DNA of 64,000 nt from Candidatus Omnitrophica bacterium CG11_big_fil_rev_8_21_14_0_20_41_12. GTDB lineage: Bacteria; Omnitrophota; Gorgyraeia; Gygaellales; Profunditerraquicolaceae. Below the pieces are notes generated by a model. That model made no database searches and was not told the DNA's origin. It saw only the letters and a list, made by a program, of their open reading frames with translations. The stretch spans positions 22,109 through 86,108 of the forward strand of contig PCWB01000055.1 in assembly GCA_002796135.1 (NCBI GenBank), read 5' to 3'. Positions 1 through 8,892 of the stretch are shown one piece after another. The position numbers and the translations under genes were made by a program. Position 1 is the first letter of the stretch. Each line of letters starts with the position of its first letter.

Positions 1-4
1 GGAG

Positions 5-661
5 ATGAAGCAACTTCTGCCGATACTTAAGAAAATAGGTTCGCCGATAATTTCACTTACCGGAAATACAAAATCAATTCTTGCTAAATATAGTGATGTG
101 GTTTTAGATGTTTCGGTAAAGCAGGAGGCTTGTCCCTTAGGATTGGCTCCGACTGCTTCAACCACTGTTTCTTTAGCGATGGCCGATGCCTTGGCCGTAT
201 GTTTATTGGAACGCAAGGGTTTTAAAGAAAAAGATTTTGCTTTTTTTCACCCCGGAGGAGCTTTAGGCAGGCGGCTGATTTTAACTGTTGAAGATATTAT
301 GCGCAAGGGCCAGGCCAATGCGATTGTCGGAGAGAATTCGAAAGTCTCCCAGGTATTATTTGCGATAACCCGGGCGCGCGCGGGATCGGCAATTGTTGTG
401 GATAAATCAGGTAAACTCAAAGGGATATTTACCGACGGAGATCTCCGGAGGCACTTGGGAAGCGATAAAGAACTGCCGAATCGCAAGATCAAAGAGGTAA
501 TGACTAAGAATCCTACTGTAGTAAAGAAAGATATGCTGGCAGCCGAAGCAATGCGTATATTGCAGGCCAAGAGAATTGATGAGGTGCCGGTAGTTGATAA
601 GTTTATGCGACCACTTGGCTTGTTGGATGTGCAGGATCTGCTTAAAGCTGGGTTAGTTTAA
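5..661 (+). CDS. kdsD: Arabinose 5-phosphate isomerase KdsD/KpsF (SIS + 2 CBS); 5'-truncated by the window edge
   Basis: EACPLGLAPTASTT and HPGGALG motifs, C-terminal CBS pair (GIFTDGDLRR); adjacent to kdsC. Confidence 0.95.
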   Translation: MKQLLPILKKIGSPIISLTGNTKSILAKYSDVVLDVSVKQEACPLGLAPTASTTVSLAMADALAVCLLERKGFKEKDFAFFHPGGALGRRLILTVEDIMRKGQANAIVGENSKVSQVLFAITRARAGSAIVVDKSGKLKGIFTDGDLRRHLGSDKELPNRKIKEVMTKNPTVVKKDMLAAEAMRILQAKRIDEVPVVDKFMRPLGLLDVQDLLKAGLV

Positions 662-1201
662 ATGATAAAATTAAACGAAGAAGAATTAAAAGCGTATTTT
701 AAAAAAATTAAATTATTATTATTGGATGTAGACGGAGTTTTGACTGACGGCAGGATAATTTATGATTCCCGGGGGCATGATTCAAAATTTTTTAATGTGC
801 ATGACGGCTTGGGTGTTTTTGTTTTGCATAAATCAGGAATTCCGACCATTCTGATTACTGCCAAAAGCTCTAAGACCATTAAGCCGCGGGCAAAAGATAT
901 GCACGTGGCCGAAGTTTTTGCCGATATCTTTCCTAAGACAGCGGTGTTGGATAAAATTTTAAAAAAATATAATGTAGCTTCAGACGAGGTTTGTTTTATC
1001 GCCGATGACCTGGTGGATCTGTCACTGATGCATAAAGTAGGATTGCCTGTTGCTGTAGCCAATGCCTCTAGCGAGATAAAAGAGGCAGCTATTTTTATAA
1101 CTAACCGTGCGGGTGGTTTTGGTGCGGTGAGAGAAATTGCGGAGTTGATTTTAAAATCGCAAGATAAGTGGAAAGATGTTTTAGGATTCTATGGCGCTTA
1201 A
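662..1201 (+). CDS. kdsC: KDO 8-phosphate phosphatase (HAD IIIA)
   Basis: LLLDVDGVLTDG, FNVHDGLG, GGFGAVREIAE motifs. Confidence 0.95.
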   Translation: MIKLNEEELKAYFKKIKLLLLDVDGVLTDGRIIYDSRGHDSKFFNVHDGLGVFVLHKSGIPTILITAKSSKTIKPRAKDMHVAEVFADIFPKTAVLDKILKKYNVASDEVCFIADDLVDLSLMHKVGLPVAVANASSEIKEAAIFITNRAGGFGAVREIAELILKSQDKWKDVLGFYGA

Positions 1202-2102
1202 AAAAATAATTTTAGTTTTGACGTTTTTATTTCTTGCCTACGCTAATCTAATAGCAGCAGAAAACAAGAAAGCAAGTGTTCCTGAAGTATCTAAAGATGC
1301 TAAGGAATCCGCTCAGCAGGTCGGAGATTTTACACTTTCCGGTTCCGGGGATAAAGGGAAAAAAACTTGGGACCTGGCAGGAAAATCAGCGGATATTTAT
1401 AATGATGTGGTCAAACTTAAAAAAGTAGTGGGCAATAATTATGGAGATAAAGATAGTATAAATTTAACTGCGGATAACGGTAACTTTAATAAAACTAGCG
1501 GAGTAGTGCATTTGGAAGATAATGTAGTGATCACTACATCCAGCGGTATCAAGCTTACCACCGATTCTCTTGATTGGGACCGTAAGCAGCAGATCGTCAG
1601 CACTTTGGATAAAATTAATTTGGACCGCTCAGATATGAATCTTTCTGGGCAGGGAGCCAAGGGCCAGACCGGGCTAAAACAGGTTGTGCTCCAAAAAGAT
1701 GTACGTTTAGATATTAAGCCCAAGGATCTGCAGGATAATAAAAAAGAAAGAATTATCATTACTTGTGATGGGCCGTTAGATGTTGATTATGAAAAAAATA
1801 TTGCTGTATTTAATAATAATGTTAAAGTAGAGAAATCGGATCTTACAATCTACAGCGATAAAATGCAGGTTTATTTTTCTCCTAAGCAGGAAGCTGAGAA
1901 GCAGGATCAGGGCTCACAAGTTTTGTCCAGTTCGATTAACAAGATTATTGCTTTAGGAAATGTCCGTATATTACGCGGAGAGAATATTTCTTATAGTCAG
2001 GAAGCTATTTATACAGCTTTGGATAAGAAGATGATTTTAACCGGTAGGCCTCAAATAATTATCTATCAAACGGAGAATATGAATGCGGCTTTTGGAAACT
2101 AA
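1191..2102 (+). CDS. LptC-LptA/OstA-like fusion protein (LPS transport periplasmic bridge)
   Basis: N-terminal hydrophobic signal; LptC-like region (LTTDSLDWD) followed by LptA-like region ([10 protein letters not shown]...[10 protein letters not shown]...LTGRP); sits between kdsC and lptB. Confidence 0.8.
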   Translation: MALKKIILVLTFLFLAYANLIAAENKKASVPEVSKDAKESAQQVGDFTLSGSGDKGKKTWDLAGKSADIYNDVVKLKKVVGNNYGDKDSINLTADNGNFNKTSGVVHLEDNVVITTSSGIKLTTDSLDWDRKQQIVSTLDKINLDRSDMNLSGQGAKGQTGLKQVVLQKDVRLDIKPKDLQDNKKERIIITCDGPLDVDYEKNIAVFNNNVKVEKSDLTIYSDKMQVYFSPKQEAEKQDQGSQVLSSSINKIIALGNVRILRGENISYSQEAIYTALDKKMILTGRPQIIIYQTENMNAAFGN

Positions 2103-2805
2103 GGGACTGGCTAAAACTTATGACGGCCGTCAAGTAGTCAAGGGAGTGAATATTACGGTTAAGCGCGGGGAGATCGTTGGGCTGCTGGGGCCTAATGGTG
2201 CCGGTAAGACCACAACCTTTTATATGATCGTAGGAATTGTCCCTCCGAATCGCGGAAAAATTGTTTTTGATAATCATGATATTACTAATCTGCCAATTCA
2301 TGAGCGCGCGCATTTTGGTATTGGGTATCTTTCTCAGGAAGCCTCAATATTCCGTAAGCTGACGGTTGAAGAAAACATAAAGGCGATCCTGGAAACTTTA
2401 CCGATCAGCCGTCCGGAGCGCAAGCGCAGGCTTGTCTCTTTGCTTGAGGAGTTGAATATTGCGCATTTAGCTAAGCATAAAGCATATACTTTAAGCGGCG
2501 GGGAAAGAAGGCGCCTGGAGATTACCCGGGCCCTGGTAACTAATCCTTCATTTATACTTTTAGATGAGCCATTTTCGGGGATTGACCCGATCGTCGTTAA
2601 CGAAGCTCAGGAAATTATTAAGGAATTAAAAGCAAAAGGTTTAGGAATTTTATTAACTGATCATAACGTTCGCGAAACACTGGCGATAACCGACCGGGCA
2701 TATTTAATTTCAGACGGGGAAATTCTTATCTCGGGTACGGCTCACGAACTGATCAATGATCCTCAAGCGCGTCAGGTTTATTTGGGTGAAAAGTTTAGAA
2801 TGTAA
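2083..2805 (+). CDS. lptB: LPS export ABC transporter ATPase
   Basis: [46 protein letters not shown]-like, VYLGEKF. Confidence 0.97.
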   Translation: MRLLETKGLAKTYDGRQVVKGVNITVKRGEIVGLLGPNGAGKTTTFYMIVGIVPPNRGKIVFDNHDITNLPIHERAHFGIGYLSQEASIFRKLTVEENIKAILETLPISRPERKRRLVSLLEELNIAHLAKHKAYTLSGGERRRLEITRALVTNPSFILLDEPFSGIDPIVVNEAQEIIKELKAKGLGILLTDHNVRETLAITDRAYLISDGEILISGTAHELINDPQARQVYLGEKFRM

Positions 2806-2817
2806 GAAAGGGAATAG

Positions 2818-3696
2818 ATGAAAACTGAAGTAAAGAAGTTGGATGGAACAAAATGTGAAATTAATATAGCGGTAGTCGGAGAACAGGTAAAAAATAAATT
2901 TGAGGAGGTTTTTGCACAAATTGCAAAAGAGGCAAAAGTCCCGGGGTTCCGGCCGGGCAAGGCTCCCAGAGATATGTTGGAAAAGCATTATGCAGCAGCT
3001 GTGCATGAACAGGTTATAAAAGAACTGGTTCCGGATGTTTATAATCAGGCGATTGCTTTAGAGAAGCTTGATGTGATTGAATTACCCCAGATAACTGAGG
3101 TCAAGCTTGACCGCAGTAATCTTTCTTTTAAGGCGGTGGTCGAGATAACCCCCGAGATTGCGGTTAAAAATTATAAAGGGATAAAGATAAATTTTAAAAC
3201 AGTTTCAGTTTCTCCCGATGAAGTAAAACGGCAGATTGATTCTATTAAGGAGTCGCGTAAGGCTGAAAGTTTAGATGATAAATTCAGCCGTTCTCTGGGA
3301 TATCCTAACCTTACTGAACTGGAAAAAGCAATAGAGCGTCAGATCTTTATCAGTAAAGAGAATCAGGAGCGCGCGCGTATCGAGAATGGATTGATTGAAG
3401 GGATAACTAGGGGTTTAGAGTTTAAGCTTCCCCAGGGGCTAGTTGACCGTCAGATTCAGGATATGCTCAGACAAACCAAAATTGATTTAGCCATGAAGGG
3501 CCTGCCTCGGGATAAGATTGACGAACAGGAGAAATTACTTTTAGACGGCATTACTCCCGATGCTAAGAAACAGGTTAAGATTTATTTGATCTTATCCCAG
3601 ATAGCTAAAAAAGAGAATATTTCTATTGATGATCATCTGCCGCGCAAGGTCATGGAATTTTTATTAAAAGAAGCAGATTGGCAGTTAGAAAAATAA
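2818..3696 (+). CDS. tig: Trigger factor, short form apparently lacking the FKBP PPIase domain
   Basis: Ribosome-binding signature VPGFRPGKAP; C-terminal chaperone domain; only 292 aa; upstream of clpP. Confidence 0.85.
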   Translation: MKTEVKKLDGTKCEINIAVVGEQVKNKFEEVFAQIAKEAKVPGFRPGKAPRDMLEKHYAAAVHEQVIKELVPDVYNQAIALEKLDVIELPQITEVKLDRSNLSFKAVVEITPEIAVKNYKGIKINFKTVSVSPDEVKRQIDSIKESRKAESLDDKFSRSLGYPNLTELEKAIERQIFISKENQERARIENGLIEGITRGLEFKLPQGLVDRQIQDMLRQTKIDLAMKGLPRDKIDEQEKLLLDGITPDAKKQVKIYLILSQIAKKENISIDDHLPRKVMEFLLKEADWQLEK

Positions 3697-3704
3697 TGTA
3701 GTTA

Positions 3705-3738
3705 CACACCCCGCGCCTAGAGGAGTTGCGCGGGTGTG
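3705..3738 (+). repeat. Intergenic hairpin, copy 1 of a repeated structured element (4-bp stem, bulged C, 7-bp stem, 11-nt loop)
   Basis: CACACCCCGCGC-CTAGAGGAGTT-GCGCGGGTGTG; aligns without gaps to 38521-38554, with compensatory changes. Confidence 0.75.
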
Positions 3739-3783
3739 CTCTAGGTAGCGCAGGTAACTTCATAAAAAATGGAGGAGGATAAG

Positions 3784-4395
3784 ATGAATACGAAAATGCA
3801 GACATTTGTTCCCATGGTCATTGAGCAGACTCTCCGGGGTTTTGAGCGTGCCTATGATATTTATTCACGACTTCTTAAGGACCGTATTTTGTTTATCGGG
3901 ACTCCGATTGATGATTATGTGGCAAATTTAGTAATTGCGCAGTTGCTTTTTTTACAAATGGAAGATAAGGATAAGGAGATTAGTGTTTATATCAATTCTC
4001 CCGGTGGTTCAGTTACTGCGGGCCTGGCGATTTATGATACGATCCAATTTATAAAATGCGATGTCGCTACTTTCTGTGTAGGCCAGGCGGCCAGTATGGG
4101 TGCGCTTTTATTGTCGGCCGGCACTAAAGGAAAACGTTTTGTGCTTCCTAATTCCCGGGTAATGATCCATCAGCCCTGGGGAGGAGTACAGGGAGCTGCT
4201 GCCGATATCTCGATTCAGGCCAAAGAGATTTTAAAATTACGCGATCGGATCAATGAGATCTTAGTGTTGCACACCGGCCAATCCTTAGAGAAAATACAAA
4301 AGGATACTGACCGGGATTATTTTATGTCCGCCCAGGAATCTAAGGATTATGGTTTGATTGACGAGGTCATCTTACCGGGAACCAAAAAGAAATAA
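3784..4395 (+). CDS. clpP: ATP-dependent Clp protease proteolytic subunit
   Basis: [34 protein letters not shown]; SD GGAGGAGG at 3771-3778 favours ATG 3784 over 3769. Confidence 0.97.
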   Translation: MNTKMQTFVPMVIEQTLRGFERAYDIYSRLLKDRILFIGTPIDDYVANLVIAQLLFLQMEDKDKEISVYINSPGGSVTAGLAIYDTIQFIKCDVATFCVGQAASMGALLLSAGTKGKRFVLPNSRVMIHQPWGGVQGAAADISIQAKEILKLRDRINEILVLHTGQSLEKIQKDTDRDYFMSAQESKDYGLIDEVILPGTKKK

Positions 4396-4427
4396 ATTAA
4401 ACAATCTATTTTTAGGAGAAAGAAAAA

Positions 4428-5576
4428 ATGAGAAAAGAATATTTATTGACTCCGGGGCCCACACCTTTACCGCCGCAAATAAGCCTGGCGATGGCCAAAC
4501 CGATTATTCATCATCGTACCCCGCAATTTCAGGCGATCTTAAAAGAAGTGAGCTCAGGATTAAAATGGGTTTTTCAGACGGCCAATGACGTTTTTATTAT
4601 TTCTTCTTCAGGAACCGGGGCAATGGAGGCAGCGGTAATTAATCTACTTTCAGCCGGGGATATTGCTTTAGTGGTGCAAGGAGGAAAATTCGGAGAAAGA
4701 TGGACGGAGATTGCTAAAGCCTACGGAATTAATACTGAAATTATCGATGTAGAATGGGGTAAAGCGGTTAGCCCGCAAGAGATAGGCAAAAGATTAAAAG
4801 CTAATCCGCAGATAAAAGCGGTATTTGTTACTCTTTGCGAAACTTCAACCGGAGTGGATAATGATATTCAAGCCATTGCAGCGGTAGTTAAAGAAACTCC
4901 CGCGGTGCTGGTTGTCGATGCCATCAGCGGCCTGGGAGCTGTCGATATAAAAACAGATGCCTGGGGGGTTGATGTGGTTGTGGCCGGATCCCAAAAAGGA
5001 TTAATGTTGCCTCCGGGGTTAGGTTTTATTTCAGTTGGCCCAAAAGCCTGGAAATTAGTCGAAGCATCAAAGGGCGGGCGTTATTATTTAGATTTAAGAA
5101 AAGCTAAAAAAGCCGCAGATAAAAATGATACCCCGTTTACCTCATCGATTACTTTAATTGATGCTTTGAATGAGGCGTTAAAAATTATGCAAAAGGACGG
5201 ATTAGAGTATATTTTTAAGCGCCATAAAATAATGGCGGATGCAACTCGCGCTGCGTCTGGAGCCTTAGGCCTGGAATTATTTGCCCCAACTGCTGCCTCA
5301 GATGCAGTTTCGGCAGTAAAAGTACCTGCTGGTCTGGACGGTGAAAAGCTGGTTAAAACCATGCGTGATACTTACGGAGTAACTATTGCCGGAGGCCAAG
5401 CCGAGCTTAAAGGGAAAATTTTTCGTATCGCCCACATGGGTTATATTGCCGAAAGCGATATTATTACCGGTCTGGCTTGTTTGGAGAAAGTGCTTACTCA
5501 GATGGGTTATAAGTTTACTTTAGGTGCAGGTGTATCGGCAGCTGAAGAGATATTCTTAAAGAAGGAGAATAATTAA
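4428..5576 (+). CDS. Class V PLP aminotransferase (serine-pyruvate/alanine-glyoxylate family), probable phosphoserine aminotransferase
   Basis: LLTPGPT, SSGTGAMEA, VVDAISGLG, GSQKGLMLPPGL (PLP Lys); directly upstream of serA. Confidence 0.88.
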   Translation: MRKEYLLTPGPTPLPPQISLAMAKPIIHHRTPQFQAILKEVSSGLKWVFQTANDVFIISSSGTGAMEAAVINLLSAGDIALVVQGGKFGERWTEIAKAYGINTEIIDVEWGKAVSPQEIGKRLKANPQIKAVFVTLCETSTGVDNDIQAIAAVVKETPAVLVVDAISGLGAVDIKTDAWGVDVVVAGSQKGLMLPPGLGFISVGPKAWKLVEASKGGRYYLDLRKAKKAADKNDTPFTSSITLIDALNEALKIMQKDGLEYIFKRHKIMADATRAASGALGLELFAPTAASDAVSAVKVPAGLDGEKLVKTMRDTYGVTIAGGQAELKGKIFRIAHMGYIAESDIITGLACLEKVLTQMGYKFTLGAGVSAAEEIFLKKENN

Positions 5577-5577
5577 A

Positions 5578-7164
5578 ATGATTAGAGTTTTAGTCAGTGA
5601 CGTATTGAGTGAAGAGGGGCTTAAAGTATTTAAGGACTCCAAAGAATTAACCGTTGATGTAAAAACAGATCTGAAGCCGGATGCTTTAAAAGAGATCATC
5701 AAGGATTATGATGGTTTGGTTGTGCGCAGCGCAACTAAAGTGACCAAGGAAATTATCCAGGCAGCTAAGAAATTGAAGGTTATCGGACGCGCAGGCGTTG
5801 GCCTGGATAACGTCGATTTAGCAGCAGCCACTCAGCATGGCATTATCGTCATGAATACTCCGTCGGGCAATACTATTTCTACTGCGGAACATACTTTTAG
5901 TATGATTTTGGCGTTGTCTAGAAATATCGCCCAGGCGAATTCCTCAATGAAGAAAGGGGAATGGAAGCGTTCTAAATTTATGGGTGTGGAATTATATAAT
6001 AAAGTTTTAGGTATCGTTGGTTTCGGAAGGATCGGCTCAGAGGTTGCCAAGCGGGCCCAATCATTCGGGATGAAGGTTAGAGCTTTTGATCCTTTTTTGT
6101 CCGCAAAGGTAGCCGAGAGTATTGGTGTTGAGATTGCGGAATTAAAAAAGATTTTAGAGGAATCCGATTATATTACCGTACACACTCCTTTAACCGATGA
6201 AACCAGGCACATGATTTCGGATAAAGAATTCGGTATGATGAAAAAAGGAGTGCGGATCATAAACTGCGCGCGTGGCGGAATCATCGACGAGGCTGCTTTA
6301 GCCAAGGCGGTAGCTGAGGGTAAAGTGATCGGGGCAGCCATGGATGTTTTTGAAAATGAACCGCTTGCCGCAGACAGCCAGCTTTTAAAACTGGATAATG
6401 TGATTACTACTCCGCATTTGGGTGCATCTACCGAAGAAGCACAGGTCAATGTAGCTATTGAGGTTGCTGAAATTGTGCGCGATGCTTTATTAGGAAGAGG
6501 GATCCGTAATGCCGCGAATTACCCCTGCTTAGATGCCGAGGCCTGCAAAATTCTTAATCCGTATATTAGTTTAGGAGAAAAATTAGGGATGTTTGCTGCG
6601 CAATTAGTAGAAGGCAGATTCCAGGAGCTAGTTATAAGTTACAGCGGCCAGATTACGAATTATGATTTAAGCCCGGTGACTATGTCTTTAGTTAAAGGGT
6701 TATTGACCCCGATATTAAAGGAAAGGGTTAATTTTGTTAACGGGATATCTTTACTTAAAGAAAGAGGGATTAAGTTGCTGGAATCAAAATCCGGCCAGGA
6801 AGGTGAATTTGTGAATCTTATTCAGTTAGAGATCAAAACAGATCAAGAAACTAAATCTATCCTGGGGACGCTCTCCGGTAATAAGCAGCCCAGGATTGTT
6901 AAAATTGACGATTATTATCTGGATTTATATCCGGTTGGAGAAATGATCTTTATTCGCAACCTGGATAAATCGGGCTTAATTGGTAACCTGGGAACATTGA
7001 TGGGCAAAAATAACATCAACATTGCTGCGATGGCTTTAGGCCGTAATCAACCCGGCGATAAAGCAATCAGCGTTTGGAGCGTAGATAATCAGGTTACTCC
7101 TGAGATCCAGGAGAAAATTAAAAAATTAGAAAATATTCTAACGGTAAAGGTGATCAGAACTTGA
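5578..7164 (+). CDS. serA: D-3-phosphoglycerate dehydrogenase (long type with ASB/ACT domains)
   Basis: GRAGVGLDNVD, GFGRIG, INCARGG, TPHLGASTEEAQ; 528 aa. Confidence 0.95.
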   Translation: MIRVLVSDVLSEEGLKVFKDSKELTVDVKTDLKPDALKEIIKDYDGLVVRSATKVTKEIIQAAKKLKVIGRAGVGLDNVDLAAATQHGIIVMNTPSGNTISTAEHTFSMILALSRNIAQANSSMKKGEWKRSKFMGVELYNKVLGIVGFGRIGSEVAKRAQSFGMKVRAFDPFLSAKVAESIGVEIAELKKILEESDYITVHTPLTDETRHMISDKEFGMMKKGVRIINCARGGIIDEAALAKAVAEGKVIGAAMDVFENEPLAADSQLLKLDNVITTPHLGASTEEAQVNVAIEVAEIVRDALLGRGIRNAANYPCLDAEACKILNPYISLGEKLGMFAAQLVEGRFQELVISYSGQITNYDLSPVTMSLVKGLLTPILKERVNFVNGISLLKERGIKLLESKSGQEGEFVNLIQLEIKTDQETKSILGTLSGNKQPRIVKIDDYYLDLYPVGEMIFIRNLDKSGLIGNLGTLMGKNNINIAAMALGRNQPGDKAISVWSVDNQVTPEIQEKIKKLENILTVKVIRT

Positions 7165-8888
7165 AAAAAATTAAAATTATATTATTTATTATTAGCCTAT
7201 TCTTTCTGCCGGCTCAAAGCTTGCGCGCAGAGAATGTAACTATTCTTTATACCGGCCAGACCCATGCGATGCTTTATCCCTGCAGCTGTCCTATCCGCCA
7301 GGATGGGGGAGTGGCGCGCAGAGCTACCCTGATTAAACAACTAAGAAAAAAAGATCCTCAGCTTCTGCTCTTAGATTGCGGTAATTTTAGCGCCGGTGGG
7401 TTGATGGACGAATATACTCAAAGTACCCAGCTCGATATGCAGCGTTCGGAAATTAACTTTAAGTCTATGGAGCTGATGCATTATGATGCCGTTGGTATTG
7501 GTTCCGATGAATTTAATTTCGGTAAGGATTTTTTCTTAAAAAATGCTAAAAAAACCGGACCGGCATATCTTAGCGCTAATTTAGGTGCGGATAAAGTATC
7601 TGCGTATATAATTAAAGATAGCCAGGGGGTGAAAGTAGGTATTATCGGATTAACCGACTTAGAGGCTCAGCAGAAAACCGAAGGATTAAAAATCAGTGAG
7701 CCTAAAAAAATTGACGAATTAATTAAAAGTTTAAAAAAAGAAAACGTTCAAATAATCGTTCTTTTAAGTACTTTAGGAGAGCAAAAAGATCTGAAGTTGA
7801 TCTCTGAAGTTAATGGGATTGACGTACTTTTTACCGGGCAAAATCCTTTGAAGGAGGATTCGCTGACTAAGGTTGATAATACTTTTCTTCTGCGCCCGTT
7901 TTGGCAGGGGCGCAAGCTGGGAAAATTAACCCTGGAAGTCAAAGACGGAAAACTTATCGATTGTAAAATCGAAGAATTACCCCTGTCGGATGAAATTCCC
8001 GACGATGCCGTAATTAGCGCGATTTTACCCCGCTGTTATACTGATAGTAATTGCAGAAAAGATGGCAGCGTAGGAAGCTGTCAGAATCCGGGAACGCTAA
8101 AATCACGCTGCTCATTCAAAGCGCTAAACAAGGTGGACCTGCTGATTATCACAGCCAAGGATTGTGCTGTATGCGATGAACAGCCGGTCATAGATTCGTT
8201 AAAGAAAAAATTTCCCGGTTTGGCGATCAAGTATCTTTATTATCCCGACCAAAAGGCGAAAAGCCGGATAGCAAAATTGTCGCTTCCCGGACTGCCGGCC
8301 TATATTTTTGGCAAAGAGATTGAAAAAGAAGAAAAATTTTCAGCTATGAAAAATGATTTTTTACAAGTTGCAGATGCTTATGTGCTTAAGCCGCAAATAG
8401 GCGGCCTGGCTTATTTTCCCGAACGAAAAATCAAGCCGGGGAACTTAGATTTATTTTTGAGCTTATTTGATAAAGATGCTGCGCAGCTATTGGCAGTTAC
8501 AGAAGAGTTTAAGCCCGGGTTACATTTTCTGGCCCAGGAAACCAATGATGGCTTTAGCGCCAAAGGTGGCAAGCTTGAGGTTGAGGAGTATTTGCGCGCC
8601 GCGTGTATTCAGAAATATTATCCGCAAGAATTTTGGAGCTATTTAACCTGCCGTGCCAGGAATATTAATAGTTCTTATTGGGAAGACTGTCTTGGCGGCG
8701 TTGATCAGGATAAGTTAAAAAGTTGCGCCAGAGGCCAGGAGGGAATAAATTTACTTAGAGAGAATATCAGTTTGAGTAATGAACTAAAGATTATGTTTGG
8801 ACCGGCGTATCTTTTAGATAACCGGGAGATTTTTTCTTCCAGAGGCGTTCCTCAAAAAGAAGAGCTTAAAAAAATATTAAAGAGGTGA
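7161..8888 (+). CDS. Secreted multidomain protein: UshA/5'-nucleotidase-like metallophosphoesterase fold with CxC motif, Cys-rich linker and thioredoxin-like domains
   Basis: Signal peptide; TILYTGQTHAMLYPCSC...GGVARRATLI...LLLDCGNF...YDAVGIG; CAVC motif; TTG start. Confidence 0.6.
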   Translation: MKKIKIILFIISLFFLPAQSLRAENVTILYTGQTHAMLYPCSCPIRQDGGVARRATLIKQLRKKDPQLLLLDCGNFSAGGLMDEYTQSTQLDMQRSEINFKSMELMHYDAVGIGSDEFNFGKDFFLKNAKKTGPAYLSANLGADKVSAYIIKDSQGVKVGIIGLTDLEAQQKTEGLKISEPKKIDELIKSLKKENVQIIVLLSTLGEQKDLKLISEVNGIDVLFTGQNPLKEDSLTKVDNTFLLRPFWQGRKLGKLTLEVKDGKLIDCKIEELPLSDEIPDDAVISAILPRCYTDSNCRKDGSVGSCQNPGTLKSRCSFKALNKVDLLIITAKDCAVCDEQPVIDSLKKKFPGLAIKYLYYPDQKAKSRIAKLSLPGLPAYIFGKEIEKEEKFSAMKNDFLQVADAYVLKPQIGGLAYFPERKIKPGNLDLFLSLFDKDAAQLLAVTEEFKPGLHFLAQETNDGFSAKGGKLEVEEYLRAACIQKYYPQEFWSYLTCRARNINSSYWEDCLGGVDQDKLKSCARGQEGINLLRENISLSNELKIMFGPAYLLDNREIFSSRGVPQKEELKKILKR

Positions 8889-8892
8889 AAAT

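Noticed and set aside
3705-3738. Hairpins at 3705, 38521 and 41920 as intrinsic terminators or SECIS elements
   Set aside because: No downstream U-tract, and the preceding stops are TAA rather than in-frame TGA
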